Below are positions 45,669-56,740 of a DNA stretch of 64,000 nucleotides, piece after piece (positions within the stretch are counted from its first letter, which is position 1; each line of letters begins with the position of its first letter). This stretch comes from an uncultured Nitrososphaerales archaeon. Its GTDB lineage: Archaea; Thermoproteota; Nitrososphaeria; Nitrososphaerales; Nitrososphaeraceae. The stretch covers positions 32,001 to 96,000 of the forward strand of contig CAWJCY010000013.1 in the NCBI GenBank assembly GCA_963841565.1, read 5' to 3'. Position numbers and translations under genes: made by a program. The notes under the pieces are model-generated. The model searched no databases. It saw nothing but the letters and a program-made list of their open reading frames with translations, and had not been told where the DNA came from.

Positions 45669-46651
45669 TATCGTTTAGCTCCTTCTGCATTCTATTGTAT
45701 ATTTTAAGATATCTATACCTCGGTTTAGTGGTACGGTATTCCATACTATCTCAGTCATATTTCAAACTCTAAAGTCCTCGAAGGTCTTTAGCGTGCTCAT
45801 TCAGTTGTCTTCAACTTACATTCGCAGCTTACATTACCTTAGTCTGAGTAACACCAATTAATGATCCAAATCACATTCTGCTCGCACATAAGGACTTTTA
45901 TGATCCTAAATCAAAACTCCTGCTTAACATGAATAGAAATAATTATCTGAATTATGTTTTCTTTCACTCTAGACACATCTTCGATGGGAACATTGGGTGC
46001 AATATCGATATTTACGTGGGTATTTTTCATTCAAGATCAGTAAAATCAGCACTTTGTGAATGGGAATTCGTTCTACTTAATAATGAATTTACTTGGCCTT
46101 GTAGTGACATGGTAATGCTTTGTCCACGGCTTTTGCAGCCTATTTTCGTCGATAAATCTCTCTGGTAACAGCACAGAAATCAAAAATTTCCCTCAGTGGG
46201 ATGATTCCATAATTATCAGGGCTTGCAACTAGTGTCTTCAACCTGAATGCAACATACTCTATGAATCAGTCGTAGCGCATTTTAATCAATTACCACAAAG
46301 GTGTTCTATTAGTATCCAGTTTCTTGTCATAGAGCGAAACCTGATAAGTTGCTCAATGTGTAGTTAAATTATTCATCTGTTAACGTTATTTCATATTATG
46401 TGTTTAAATTTTTCAATAATGAATACTGATGGAATTTAGCTGATGTGCAAACTAATCTTTCGTAAAGGCTGATGAAAATATATTACTCAAGAAGAATAGA
46501 GAGGAAGATAACGATAAGGTAGAAGAATCAGGGGAAGATGATTAGAGGAATAAGTGATGTAATATCGTTGCAGAAAGGTTAAGAATACCGAGTGCTACCA
46601 TAATACCACTTCATTCACATCTGTCTGCATACATGAAGATTTCACAAAAAA

Positions 46652-46690
46652 TGGTGTGCTTATGGAGCCACATGGCTCCATAGCACACCA
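46652..46690. repeat. near-perfect 39-nt inverted repeat followed by a T-tract on the minus strand
   Basis: TGGTGTGCT-T-ATGGAGCCA-CA-TGGCTCCAT-AGCACACCA, preceded by AAAAAA on the plus strand. Confidence 0.85.
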
Positions 46691-46990
46691 ACGACAGAAG
46701 GTAACGCAATCCATACACCTTTGACACACACACTTTCAATTTGTCTGCAAAGATACCCTTTGTGGTCGATTTACAATTGTTTGAGAACCGGTGCCAATAC
46801 AGCCTGGATTAACCTTATCTTTAGTCTTCTCTGCAGATTGTGACTCGAAGGCCCCGATCACCCGGTTTTTGAACATATACGTTTGCTAACACGTGTTCGG
46901 TATCGCCTTCTTCCTAGACGTCGAAGTAAGTTGCCACTTTTTTGTTCTTAGCTCAGAAGTAACAAAGTCTTGAATGTGAAAGTGTTAAGA

Positions 46991-47004
46991 TATCACTAGT
47001 GATA
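46991..47004. promoter_or_regulatory. perfect 14-bp palindrome about 95 nt upstream of xpb, possible operator
   Basis: TATCACTAGTGATA. Confidence 0.4.
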
Positions 47005-47099
47005 GTTTTGTAAAATGGTTAGGTTGGCAATTAGTGTAGTCATATTAGTAACTTAACCATTATTAGTCTAACTCGGTCCTGAATGGATAGCATAAGGAT

Positions 47100-48464
47100 A
47101 TGGTTTGGTTATCATATGATAGAGGGACAATAGTAATAAGGGGACTAATGCACATCCCTTTCGCTACATTAGACCCTAGAACCAATTCTCTTAGAGCGCA
47201 AGCATTAAACTACTATGATATTATCCGCTATCTGCGTGAAAGTGATATAGAGTACACCGACCAGGTTTTCGAACTCATACCTTCTCCCCATTTCATTGTA
47301 AAAGATGTTTCGTTGAGGGATTATCAGCAAAAGGCCCTGAATAGATGGAAAAAAGTGGGTATGAGAGGCTGTATTGTGCTTCCAACAGGTGCGGGCAAGA
47401 CGATATTAGGAATCAAATCTATTGAAACTGTAAATTCTGCAGTGTTAGTAGTAGTACCTACATTGGATCTAATGCATCAATGGACTGAAGTAATATCAAG
47501 CTACATAACAAATACATCGATCGGAAATCTAGGTGGCGGATCCGAAGAAATAGAGGCAATAACTGTAGCTACCTATGACTCTGCCTACATCAGAGCACCA
47601 AGTCTTGGCAACAGATTCTCTTTTGTAATATTTGATGAGGTGCATCATCTGGCCGCGCCAGGCTATAGATCTATAGCTGAACAACTGGCAGCCCCATACA
47701 GGTTAGGTCTTACTGCGACGATTGAAAGGGAAGATAAATTACATTTGGACTTTCCAAAATTAGTTGGTGGTGGAGTAGTCTTCGAAATCCACCCAACCGA
47801 GCTTGCCAAGAGCAGACATCTTGCGTCCTATGAAATCAAGAGGATGCAAGTCGAGTTGACCCCTCAGGAGCAGAACGAATATCATAAGAACTTCGGAACA
47901 TACCAACTCTGCCTTAAGAAACTGGGAATTCGGATGCACTATCATGGCTCATTTAGAAGATTGATTATGATGTCGACTAAGAATAAGGTAGCGCGAGAAG
48001 CCTTGCTTGCCAGAAATAAGGCAATGGATATCGCCCTAAACAGTCAATCAAAGTTGAAGGTATTGCGGAATATACTTGCGGAGAATAGCGGTGTGAAGAC
48101 TATAATTTTTACTCAACACAACAGCTTGGTCTATTCAATTGCCAATGAGTTTTTGATTCCTGCAATAACTCATAGAACAGACAAATTAGAAAGAAAGGAT
48201 GTATTATTAGGCTTCAAAGAGGGACGTTATTTGGCCATAGTTACATCGAAAGTATTGGATGAAGGAGTGGATGTACCTGATGCAAAACTAGGCATCATAG
48301 TTAGCGGGACAGGGAGTGGAAGAGAATATATTCAACGACTCGGTAGGCTTTTGAGACCAAAGCTGGCTAGTACTGACGGTCCCGATCAAAAAGCCAAACT
48401 GATCGAAATCATATCATCAAATACTCGTGAAACAGGTACCAGCGAAAGAAGGAAAAAGCTCTAA
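47100..48464 (+). CDS. xpb: XPB/Rad25-like SF2 DNA helicase
   Basis: LRDYQ, LPTGAGKT, DEVHH, LGLTAT.ERED (RED motif), VLDEGVDVP, QRLGRLLR; one more A in the A-run near 48455 would extend it to TAG at 48541. Confidence 0.92.
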   Translation: MVWLSYDRGTIVIRGLMHIPFATLDPRTNSLRAQALNYYDIIRYLRESDIEYTDQVFELIPSPHFIVKDVSLRDYQQKALNRWKKVGMRGCIVLPTGAGKTILGIKSIETVNSAVLVVVPTLDLMHQWTEVISSYITNTSIGNLGGGSEEIEAITVATYDSAYIRAPSLGNRFSFVIFDEVHHLAAPGYRSIAEQLAAPYRLGLTATIEREDKLHLDFPKLVGGGVVFEIHPTELAKSRHLASYEIKRMQVELTPQEQNEYHKNFGTYQLCLKKLGIRMHYHGSFRRLIMMSTKNKVAREALLARNKAMDIALNSQSKLKVLRNILAENSGVKTIIFTQHNSLVYSIANEFLIPAITHRTDKLERKDVLLGFKEGRYLAIVTSKVLDEGVDVPDAKLGIIVSGTGSGREYIQRLGRLLRPKLASTDGPDQKAKLIEIISSNTRETGTSERRKKL

Positions 48465-49231
48465 CTCGAATTAATCAAAAAAGGAAAAAAGAACAGGATA
48501 ATGAAGATGACGAATATTTGATGCATGAGACAGTAGTGTAGGGACATAAGCAGGCATTGGGACTGATCTTATTGGTGAAGCCCCGGTGTTAGATTGTTTA
48601 GGAATTAAAATCATCGATTGTTATTTCTAGGAGCTCCTGAATCAGTCTTCAAACACCTCTCTTGATTGCTCAATCAAATGTAACAGAATTGGCCTAATGG
48701 CGCCCTTTGAAGGGATCTTACATATAGAAACAATGTAAATATTAAATACCTCTTTCATTAGCTATTTGTCTGTACACATACTATGAAGGTGATACTAGCT
48801 AGCGAGACATATCCTCTATAACATCATCTTGTCTTGGACAATCTAAGATACTCCACCTTATTGGGAACAAATAGTGGAATCCATAACTTGATGGTTAATA
48901 AAGAGGTGATAGGGACTATCTGATGCCTTGGATTCATGCTGATACCATGGATCATTAATATTCCTAAAGTTGAAGCTGTAGATTGGTTCCGCTCTTTGGG
49001 TTTTTCAGAATGCAATTGTTTGTTGCTTGTTGAAGTATTAGAATGCGTCAATAGCAATTACAATGGAACAGAACTATTGAGCTTAGTCGAAGACCAAGCA
49101 TAAAATGACTGCCAACTACGTGTGAATACAATTGCTGCCCTTCGCTACGATAGCAGTTCGGTACGATAAAATGACAGTTGGCTGGAAAGATTTTTAGTTG
49201 CTTATTGCGCTATTATAGTGCGGGTTAAAAA

Positions 49232-50296
49232 TTGAATCTAATTTGGTCAGAGTTTGTGAAGGCAAGACCAAAGTTAACATTGAAATCTGCATCGATGTTA
49301 ATATTGGTGAGTTTCATCTTGCTTCCGAATACATTTATCGTTAGCACATTCAATTTAACTGATTTATATACCGATCAGCCTAGAAGGCATAGCTACGCAT
49401 TTGCAACATTAGACAGCGAAACAAATTCATTGACGTCTTCGACTTCGGCTAATCTGGACACCGGTCCTGGAAGTATAGAATATAACGCTAGGTATTTTTG
49501 TGGCACAATTGTTGGCCAGGACGGTCCTCTTAGGCCAGGACGCTATAATTCAGACATAAATATCTTCAATCGGCAGTTATATCCAATTTCTTTTCTCTGG
49601 AACGCAGTTCCCTCTTCAACCCTACAAATGAGCAAAGAAGTTGGTGGACCATCCGGTGATTCCAAACCTTTTACCGCCGATACAAGTTACAAGTTGCACA
49701 CTTTAGCGCCCGGGGATTCCATTAGCCTAAGCTGCAGGGATTTTGTTCCTTCTTTTTCGTTATACTCCAATACCACGGACGGTATCGATAGATTCATTGA
49801 AGGAGTATCCACTATAAGCATTGATCTAGATCCATCAATTCAAGCTGCAATAACCTCCTCCTCTACAGGGGTGGTCGTATCTCAACCTTCTGGCGAAGGA
49901 ACAAGCGAACCGAGTACTAATGTATTGAGTGTTGATGCTATCTACACAGTAAATGCACTAGAAGTACCCAGCAGAGAGATTGTATTGCAACTAGTCGAGT
50001 ACACCATAAATAAACAGGATGCAGATGGAAAATTGCCTATGGAAATAATTTCCACACCACTCAGTATAACGGTACCTATAAGGACAAATGAGACCGTGAA
50101 TCCTGATACACAAGTTAAAGACATTCTAGCAAGAGAGTATTCCTTAAATGCAACAGAAAAACAAAGTCTTGACATCACCATAAGAAATCTTAGTCTGGGC
50201 GTTGGGGCATTGGATGATAATCATGCTATTTCTCTGCAGCGAATAAATGCCTATCAACCGGCTCCTCCTTCAGCTGCTAATTCCACTTCACCATAA
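49232..50296 (+). CDS. secreted protein of unknown function
   Basis: signal peptide; YNARYFCG...PGRYNSDINIFN...LAPGDSISLSC...EG...VDAIYT beta-rich pattern. Confidence 0.75.
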   Translation: MNLIWSEFVKARPKLTLKSASMLILVSFILLPNTFIVSTFNLTDLYTDQPRRHSYAFATLDSETNSLTSSTSANLDTGPGSIEYNARYFCGTIVGQDGPLRPGRYNSDINIFNRQLYPISFLWNAVPSSTLQMSKEVGGPSGDSKPFTADTSYKLHTLAPGDSISLSCRDFVPSFSLYSNTTDGIDRFIEGVSTISIDLDPSIQAAITSSSTGVVVSQPSGEGTSEPSTNVLSVDAIYTVNALEVPSREIVLQLVEYTINKQDADGKLPMEIISTPLSITVPIRTNETVNPDTQVKDILAREYSLNATEKQSLDITIRNLSLGVGALDDNHAISLQRINAYQPAPPSAANSTSP

Positions 50297-50453
50297 TATT
50301 ATGAAACCTAGATTACTACAAGCTTTGGAATATCTGAACACGTGCATCAGATATTCTACTATTTCTAATCTCATGTTCAAGTACATCATATTTGAGAATA
50401 GGAGGGTTTAATTCCTGTCGTGGTATTTGTCACTTTGTTCATAAATTGAGATT

Positions 50454-50999
50454 CTAATCATTTCTACTGCAGCAAATAAGGTAGGCAATGAGTGTGCCCG
50501 CATTTTCAACTTTCTTTTCTTTAATTAAATCTTTCAATTGACATACGGTTAATGTCTCAATGTCAGTGATTACTTCTGTGGTTTCGTATCTTGGCTTGTC
50601 CTTAGTTAGGTCTGTTGCTTTGAAAAGGTGGACCAGTTGCATTGATTTGCTTACTGAAGGATGGTAACTGTATACGTGTTCTATTACCTTTGCAGAGTAT
50701 CCTGTTTCTTCTAACAATTCTCGCTTTGCAGTCGTTATCATATTCTCTCCAGGGTCCATGTGTCCTGCGGGGAATTCTAGTAGAATCTTTTGTAGAGGAT
50801 ACCTAAATTGTTTAATCATGACCAAAGTATTATCATCAAGAAATGGCACAATTAAGACAACATCGGGAGATTTGTACCAGGTATACTCTATCGTATTTCC
50901 ACTGTTCGATACTTGAACTTTGTCCTGGTATAGCGTTATCCATCGATTTTCAAAAATTCTGTTATTTTCGAGTGTTTTCCAGTTATTTGATATATTCAA
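50454..50999 (-). CDS. NUDIX hydrolase (NudF/ADP-ribose pyrophosphatase-like)
   Basis: QFRYP, LEFPAG, AKRELLEETG. Confidence 0.92.
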   Translation of the reverse strand: MNISNNWKTLENNRIFENRWITLYQDKVQVSNSGNTIEYTWYKSPDVVLIVPFLDDNTLVMIKQFRYPLQKILLEFPAGHMDPGENMITTAKRELLEETGYSAKVIEHVYSYHPSVSKSMQLVHLFKATDLTKDKPRYETTEVITDIETLTVCQLKDLIKEKKVENAGTLIAYLICCSRND

Positions 51000-51303
51000 G
51001 CCAACATTACTTTTTCCTTAACATGTTTAAATATATCACTCAAGGTTGATCACAGAGGGAAATTCAGTCGTTTGCACATTCTCCGATTCTTAGAATTAAA
51101 ATACCATTTGATAAGCTGTTACCAAGTTATTAGTTAGGCCTGAGAAAATAGGAGATTATCACTGAGCTATCAGCCAAGTTAATCGTGAAACTTGTCAGAT
51201 TATTTATACTCTCGTACAACTGCGTCACATCAGTTCCAAATAAGGAAATCCAACTTTAACTATCTGCGGGCGGATCACATCTACATAAATCTATTGACCC
51301 ATC

Positions 51304-51675
51304 TTACTTGTTTATCAATACCTTCGAATATGCATCTATGAATCTTTTTGCGTACATGTTAGCATTCTTCTCTGACCCTCGGTGCACCCCGCCTCTGGAT
51401 CTCAGATGATGGTAGAACTCGTGAAGTACTACAAAAGGATTGTAAAATATGTCCGAATTCATAGCGTAAATCCTATTTTCATTTTGAACATATACAGCAT
51501 ATACAGTCTTCCTCTTTCCCTTGATAGTGCCTACTACTATTTCTGGAGGACGGATATTGTACAGGCTGCTCAGATCTGATAGCGCTTGTTCAGTGTCTTT
51601 GTTAAGAATCTTCCGTACAATTCTTGCCATGCTCTTTTCGTCTAATAAAATACTTAATGAAGGAGTATCGGGCAT
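51304..51675 (-). CDS. small HExxH zinc-metallopeptidase-like protein
   Basis: VVLHEFYHH...SEKNANMYA; ATG at 51675 (MPDTP) preferred over the 51849 start. Confidence 0.6.
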   Translation of the reverse strand: MPDTPSLSILLDEKSMARIVRKILNKDTEQALSDLSSLYNIRPPEIVVGTIKGKRKTVYAVYVQNENRIYAMNSDIFYNPFVVLHEFYHHLRSRGGVHRGSEKNANMYAKRFIDAYSKVLINK

Positions 51676-52210
51676 ATTTATGCTATACGATTGCGTCAGT
51701 ATTTTAATATGCTTTCGTATATCGAAATGGATTGCATACTTTATGCATAAAGCCTTGCCTTCTAGATGGCCTATCATCATCCTCATTGGAAACTCAGTGC
51801 TATTCACTGTACGACCAGTTACTCTATTAAGGACCCATTTAGAATTCAAGAATAGTATTGGTCCACTTCGTCTATATGTCTAGATAAAACACAATTCCCG
51901 CTTGCGCTGGGTTGATAAGTATGACTATTGGTACTACGAATACCTCCGCAACTGGTATTTGTCTGCGGTTGCCTCTGAATCTTATAGGAAAGTCTGATAT
52001 AACTCCAGATTTAATCGGTTTTTTTTCTAGCGAAACCTAGCGGTTCATGTGTAAGGGAAGGAACCTATCATTAATTTTCAACAAACGCTGTCCTCATCTA
52101 ATTGCCTCAGATGGCCTGACCCTAACCTTGGAGCAATTGATTCAATTGAAGGATTCACTGGATAGATGATCCAAGTTATATTTCTCTACATGGTATGAAT
52201 AATATACGGT

Positions 52211-52768
52211 ATGTCTGACAACCAATACATTTCAGAAAAAAAGGATGAAATGCCTCTCCCACCTGAACTGCTGCCTGGAGAGGTTGTTACACAAGAAATG
52301 ACTCCTGTGGAAAAAATGATTCCACTTGAGGCAAGCATTGAGTCAACAGTTACCGAGGGAAAACTTCCAAAACCGGAATCTGAATTAAAACAAGAAAAGC
52401 ATCGCCTTAGGAAAATGACTCGGATGCGACAAACAAGCGCAAAGTTAGGTCAATTATTGAAGCAAGTCAAGAGAAATGAAGCTGAGATTTATGAAATCAG
52501 GAAGTCGATAGAGTCCTTAGATCGTATGGAGAGGATAGCTGCTAGAAGCAACTTGCAGCTATTGAAACAACTTCTGTTGCGGCTTGCTCAATTGCACAAC
52601 CAAGTGATGCGAATTCAGAAAGACTTTCGCAGAATGAGGACATCCACAGCGTCGAGGACCAGAACTCGAAAAATCAAGGCGTCAGGTGGTAAAACTACTC
52701 GCAAAATGAAATCTAAAAAACGCGGATCATCTCTTCTTGCTAAAACTAGAAGGAGGACAACCAGATAG
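52211..52768 (+). CDS. coiled-coil protein with very basic C-terminal tail
   Basis: acidic Pro-rich N-terminus, heptad region, R/K/T/S-rich tail. Confidence 0.7.
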   Translation: MSDNQYISEKKDEMPLPPELLPGEVVTQEMTPVEKMIPLEASIESTVTEGKLPKPESELKQEKHRLRKMTRMRQTSAKLGQLLKQVKRNEAEIYEIRKSIESLDRMERIAARSNLQLLKQLLLRLAQLHNQVMRIQKDFRRMRTSTASRTRTRKIKASGGKTTRKMKSKKRGSSLLAKTRRRTTR

Positions 52769-53562
52769 CAACAATTAGCAGTTCTGTTAGTTGTATAAGC
52801 AGACTGATTCAACACAGAAGTCTAGACTAGTACTAAAACACAACATTTTTGGATTCATTATCAGGGTCGTGCATTTAATAGATGGTAGGGGTACGGCCAT
52901 CCAATTTCTGAACATTTTGCAGTGACTGAGCACCATTGATTATGATGCAAGAATACTGCAACGTCAGCTTTCATATAGTAACGTCACTGTGATAAAGAAA
53001 AGGTGAGTGGGCCGAGAAGCAGATAAACTCATGCTAATCTGTAAGCCATTTACTCCTCCAACCCCATAGATTTGTGGATTTTCTCAAACTCAATATCTGC
53101 CCACAGTCCCAAAACAGCCGCAAAATGATATCCTTTGATGGTCAGATGACCTGATCCCCTCAAATGGATCACCTAAATGGATCTAGCATTGGTGGCCCAA
53201 ATGTTCTTCATGTATTAAGAAAAAGTGGTATTAACGCATTAGCGTTGACTGCCGGTATAATTTCTTCATAATCCAAGGCACATGCTCAAATCAATTAAAC
53301 AATTCAAATATCGAAGCATAAAAGTAAGAATTATTCAAACGGCAGGAAATTAGCCCGCCGCCGGGTCATGGTTGATCTAGCCAGAATAATCCCAATAACC
53401 GGGAATACGATATGCATTATTCAATAAAAGAGTTACATATCTAAGCATAGCCCGTATTGGGATACATTTACTATCACGAAGAGGGTCGCTGTTGTCTGCA
53501 TTTGGTAATATGTAATATACATACGTCGTATCTAAGTTAGTGATACTGCAAACATAATATTA

Positions 53563-53742
53563 CTAAGGATACTTCTGATCTTTCTTTTCATCATCGGAGT
53601 CATGACGTGTCCCATGTGTTTTTATGAATCTTAATAAATCACTGGAATGATGGTCTTCAACCATATAGTAGTTCTTTAGATTTTCAATTGTTTGATCATC
53701 GTAATGACTTCTACTATCCCCTTTTTTCTTCTCCGTTCTCAA
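53563..53742 (-). CDS. 59-aa hydrophilic small protein (not in ORF track)
   Basis: TTG start; MRTEKKKGDSRSHYDDQTIENLKNYYMVEDHHSSDLLRFIKTHGTRHDSDDEKKDQKYP*. Confidence 0.45.
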   Translation of the reverse strand: MRTEKKKGDSRSHYDDQTIENLKNYYMVEDHHSSDLLRFIKTHGTRHDSDDEKKDQKYP

Positions 53743-53951
53743 TATATTATTAAGTAATCAGATAAAATAAAAAACTATCGGATAATATTTTATGTATTAT
53801 TCTATATATTTAGTACACGAATTTAAATTTGGTCAGAAACTGGCGTAACTGCTGTCATAAATGCCTGATAATTTATTTCTAAAATAAAGTTGTTTGCTAG
53901 ATTCGTAGAGTTAAATTAAAATACATCAATTAAGGAAAAGGAGGCTTCACT

Positions 53952-54354
53952 ATGGGAAAGGGTTGCGACAGTAATGATGGTGGTGATGAGCAAAAGTATA
54001 GTACTAGAATTGAAATGGATGTGGATAATAAACGTATTCATGATGATGGTGACAATACTAATGGTAGTAACTCCATAGAGGACCCTGCAGCCACAAGTGT
54101 TGATGCATTAGATAACTGTACTACTGCATTTGTGGAGAGGTTGGATTCGGGCAGAAAGCAGTAATCACCTAATGAATTTGGATTTACCCATCATTTTACT
54201 GGAATTCATTAAGGATAACCGTACAATATTATATGATTGGAATTTAGAATCTGAGATAGATGTGGAAATCAAAGAAGCTGTTCCATTTCGTACATCATGC
54301 ATCCTAGATGAGTGTTCACGCGTAGGATTTACTACATCCTTAACAAATGTGTAA
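53952..54354 (+). pseudogene. fragmented hypothetical gene
   Basis: overlapping ORFs 53952..54164 and 54130..54354 on the same strand, GGAGG upstream. Confidence 0.35.
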
Positions 54355-54648
54355 GAGCCGGTTAGTAGTTATCAAGAATTATCTGTAGACGATATTGTCA
54401 ATAATTTGACTACTATGATTAGGATAGATGCAAAGATTAGCCTATTCATTTTCTGCGATTTAGCTCATCTATCTATTCCGTTGATTCTTCTATCTTGTCA
54501 CTAGGTGAAGGGCCAAGCGGAGATTCAGGGGCGAATATCCTCCTTGTCTTCCCAACTTATAAAATGAGAAAATATGATAAAACAATCCTATCCTAACAAG
54601 GCTGAGCCATCGCTTAAGTAAAAATCGCTAGTGATTCCTACAAAGTTT

Positions 54649-55099
54649 TTAATCGTTCAGACGGTTCACTATCTCTATTTTAGATAATTCAGCCAAGGGA
54701 GCTGCGTATTCGTAAACAATTTGATCACTACTTATTTTCCTCATTATGCCCCTTATTTCCGTGACTTCTATCTGCTTTTTTATTCGTTGAAATCGCCACA
54801 TAGACTGACCTATCACAATTTTGAATCTCATATTTCCAGATTCGTAATCCTTCTTTTCTAAGGTCCAGTATTCAGATTCTTGAGTATTTTCATCAATTTT
54901 TGGATTTAGATTCAGAAAATGCGCAACTATTCTTTCAGATCTTCCATCGTATTCGATCAAAAATATCCTTTTATCATTAACAAACTCCAGACGTATCATG
55001 TCGGCCATAAAACTTTCGTCGCCTGAGTACCTGAATTTCTATCTTCGGGTTCGCTTGGGTCTCTTCATTTTGGGACATTATTGATTGGCTACCAGCCAT
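54649..55099 (-). CDS. hypothetical protein, probable frameshift near 55025
   Basis: ORF 54649..55008 plus upstream ATG 55099 segment (MAGSQSIMSQNEETQANPKIEIQVL) in the adjacent frame. Confidence 0.55.
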
Positions 55100-55415
55100 T
55101 TAAAGAATGACTAGCCTATTAAAAAAAGTATTCAGGAAAGTCATTTAGGGGAGCTAGAGGATTTATCAATAAATCCAAATTCTTTTGTGCAGTTACAGAT
55201 AAGAATCAGGGAGGTTAAGTTAAAGTAATGCTTACAAATTTACTCAGTTCAGAAGGTCATAATCACTGCAAGAAAGGACGAAACGCCGTTTAGATGATAA
55301 AGATGGCCTCCAATTCTCTGCTCATCCTTTAGTTTAGGCTATTTTTTACTGTGAATGCATTTATTTTAGTATTTTAGCGGATATCCTTAACTGACAGTAA
55401 ATCAAAAAGGGCACT

Positions 55416-56042
55416 ATGGTACAAGACAAGCAAAGACAAAAAAATGACGAAATTTTACACAGTTCTAACAATACACATGCAAAAAGAAAGGCTTTGAAGG
55501 ATATAATCATTATTGGAGGGGTAATATTGTTGGCATGGTACCTCACAGCATATGTTTTTTCGTCAGTAATACCACAATGGGCCATGACATACATAAAAAT
55601 TGCAGAGATTTTAATTATAGGTTATTTTTTTGTGGAAATAGTAAGCAATTTGGTATTCCGCCTGACTTCCAATTATTTTGGAGATACTGCACATTCTATC
55701 AAAGTTTTCATAAGAATAGCTAGTGCTATTGTAATCGCTGCAATCATTATTTCATACCTCAGTAAAGACCCACTAGTAGCAGCTTCCATAACTACAATCA
55801 CAGGGTTGGTGATAGGGTTTGCCTCGCAATCACTTATTGGAAACCTAATAGCTGGTTTGTATTTAGCCAGCACAAGGCCATTCAAAGTTGGAGACAACAT
55901 AACGGTATTTGGAAACACTGGCCTGATATATGAAATAGGCCTCCTGTATAGCAGGCTCCTGTCTGACACAGGCGATATAATCATTGCATCCAATAATTCA
56001 CTGGTATCAGCTACGATTAAAGTTCACAAGAAAGAAATTTGA
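55416..56042 (+). CDS. mscS: small-conductance mechanosensitive channel (short form)
   Basis: TM helices, GLVIGFASQSLIGNLIAG, RPFKVGD, IGLLYS. Confidence 0.88.
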   Translation: MVQDKQRQKNDEILHSSNNTHAKRKALKDIIIIGGVILLAWYLTAYVFSSVIPQWAMTYIKIAEILIIGYFFVEIVSNLVFRLTSNYFGDTAHSIKVFIRIASAIVIAAIIISYLSKDPLVAASITTITGLVIGFASQSLIGNLIAGLYLASTRPFKVGDNITVFGNTGLIYEIGLLYSRLLSDTGDIIIASNNSLVSATIKVHKKEI

Positions 56043-56740
56043 AGAGAATATTCTCAGCTACGACCAGTGGAGTAGGGGGGTATAACTAATATTTTGGAGA
56101 TACCCTCAACCTACTTCTATTATTCCTAAGAATATCGATTGAGCTATCGCCTCAGGTTGTGGGAGTTCTCGTAGATGGGGTACCCAAGGCTAGCGTATAT
56201 CTCATCGTCTAGATTAGGTTCAGAAATTGTACCTCATAGAAGATGCATAGAGAATTCTTGAAATAATTGAGGCCTTCAAGAATCTTGGATTGTAAGTGTT
56301 GTCCTCATAGCATATTGTCAAGCATATCTAATCAATGTCGTAGAATCTTCTTTCAAAACCAGATTATCTAACTCAGGACTACTTTTTACATCACTGTTTG
56401 TGTTCGTCGTTTAAGAAATGCTTAATTAGAGTTCGGATAAAATAAGTCGAAAAATAAGAATCGAGAAAAATTATAATTATGAAAACTTTAGGACTCTTAT
56501 TATCATTTGTGTGCTCATGTGTAAGCTATCGTTGTATAAGGCAATGTAAGTGAAGGTGGACCTGATCGATTGACGCTTTTCTAAAAGAGATTACCTCCAG
56601 GTATGGAGATTGGCAAGACTCCGTACTTGCATTATGTCTGCTGACCCAATTTTAGAACGAAGTCAGTTCAGAGCAGCCATTCAGTGACTGGCACGGAAGT
56701 CTCAGATTTACTAAAACGCCATTGCAAATCAAGTTTTAGT

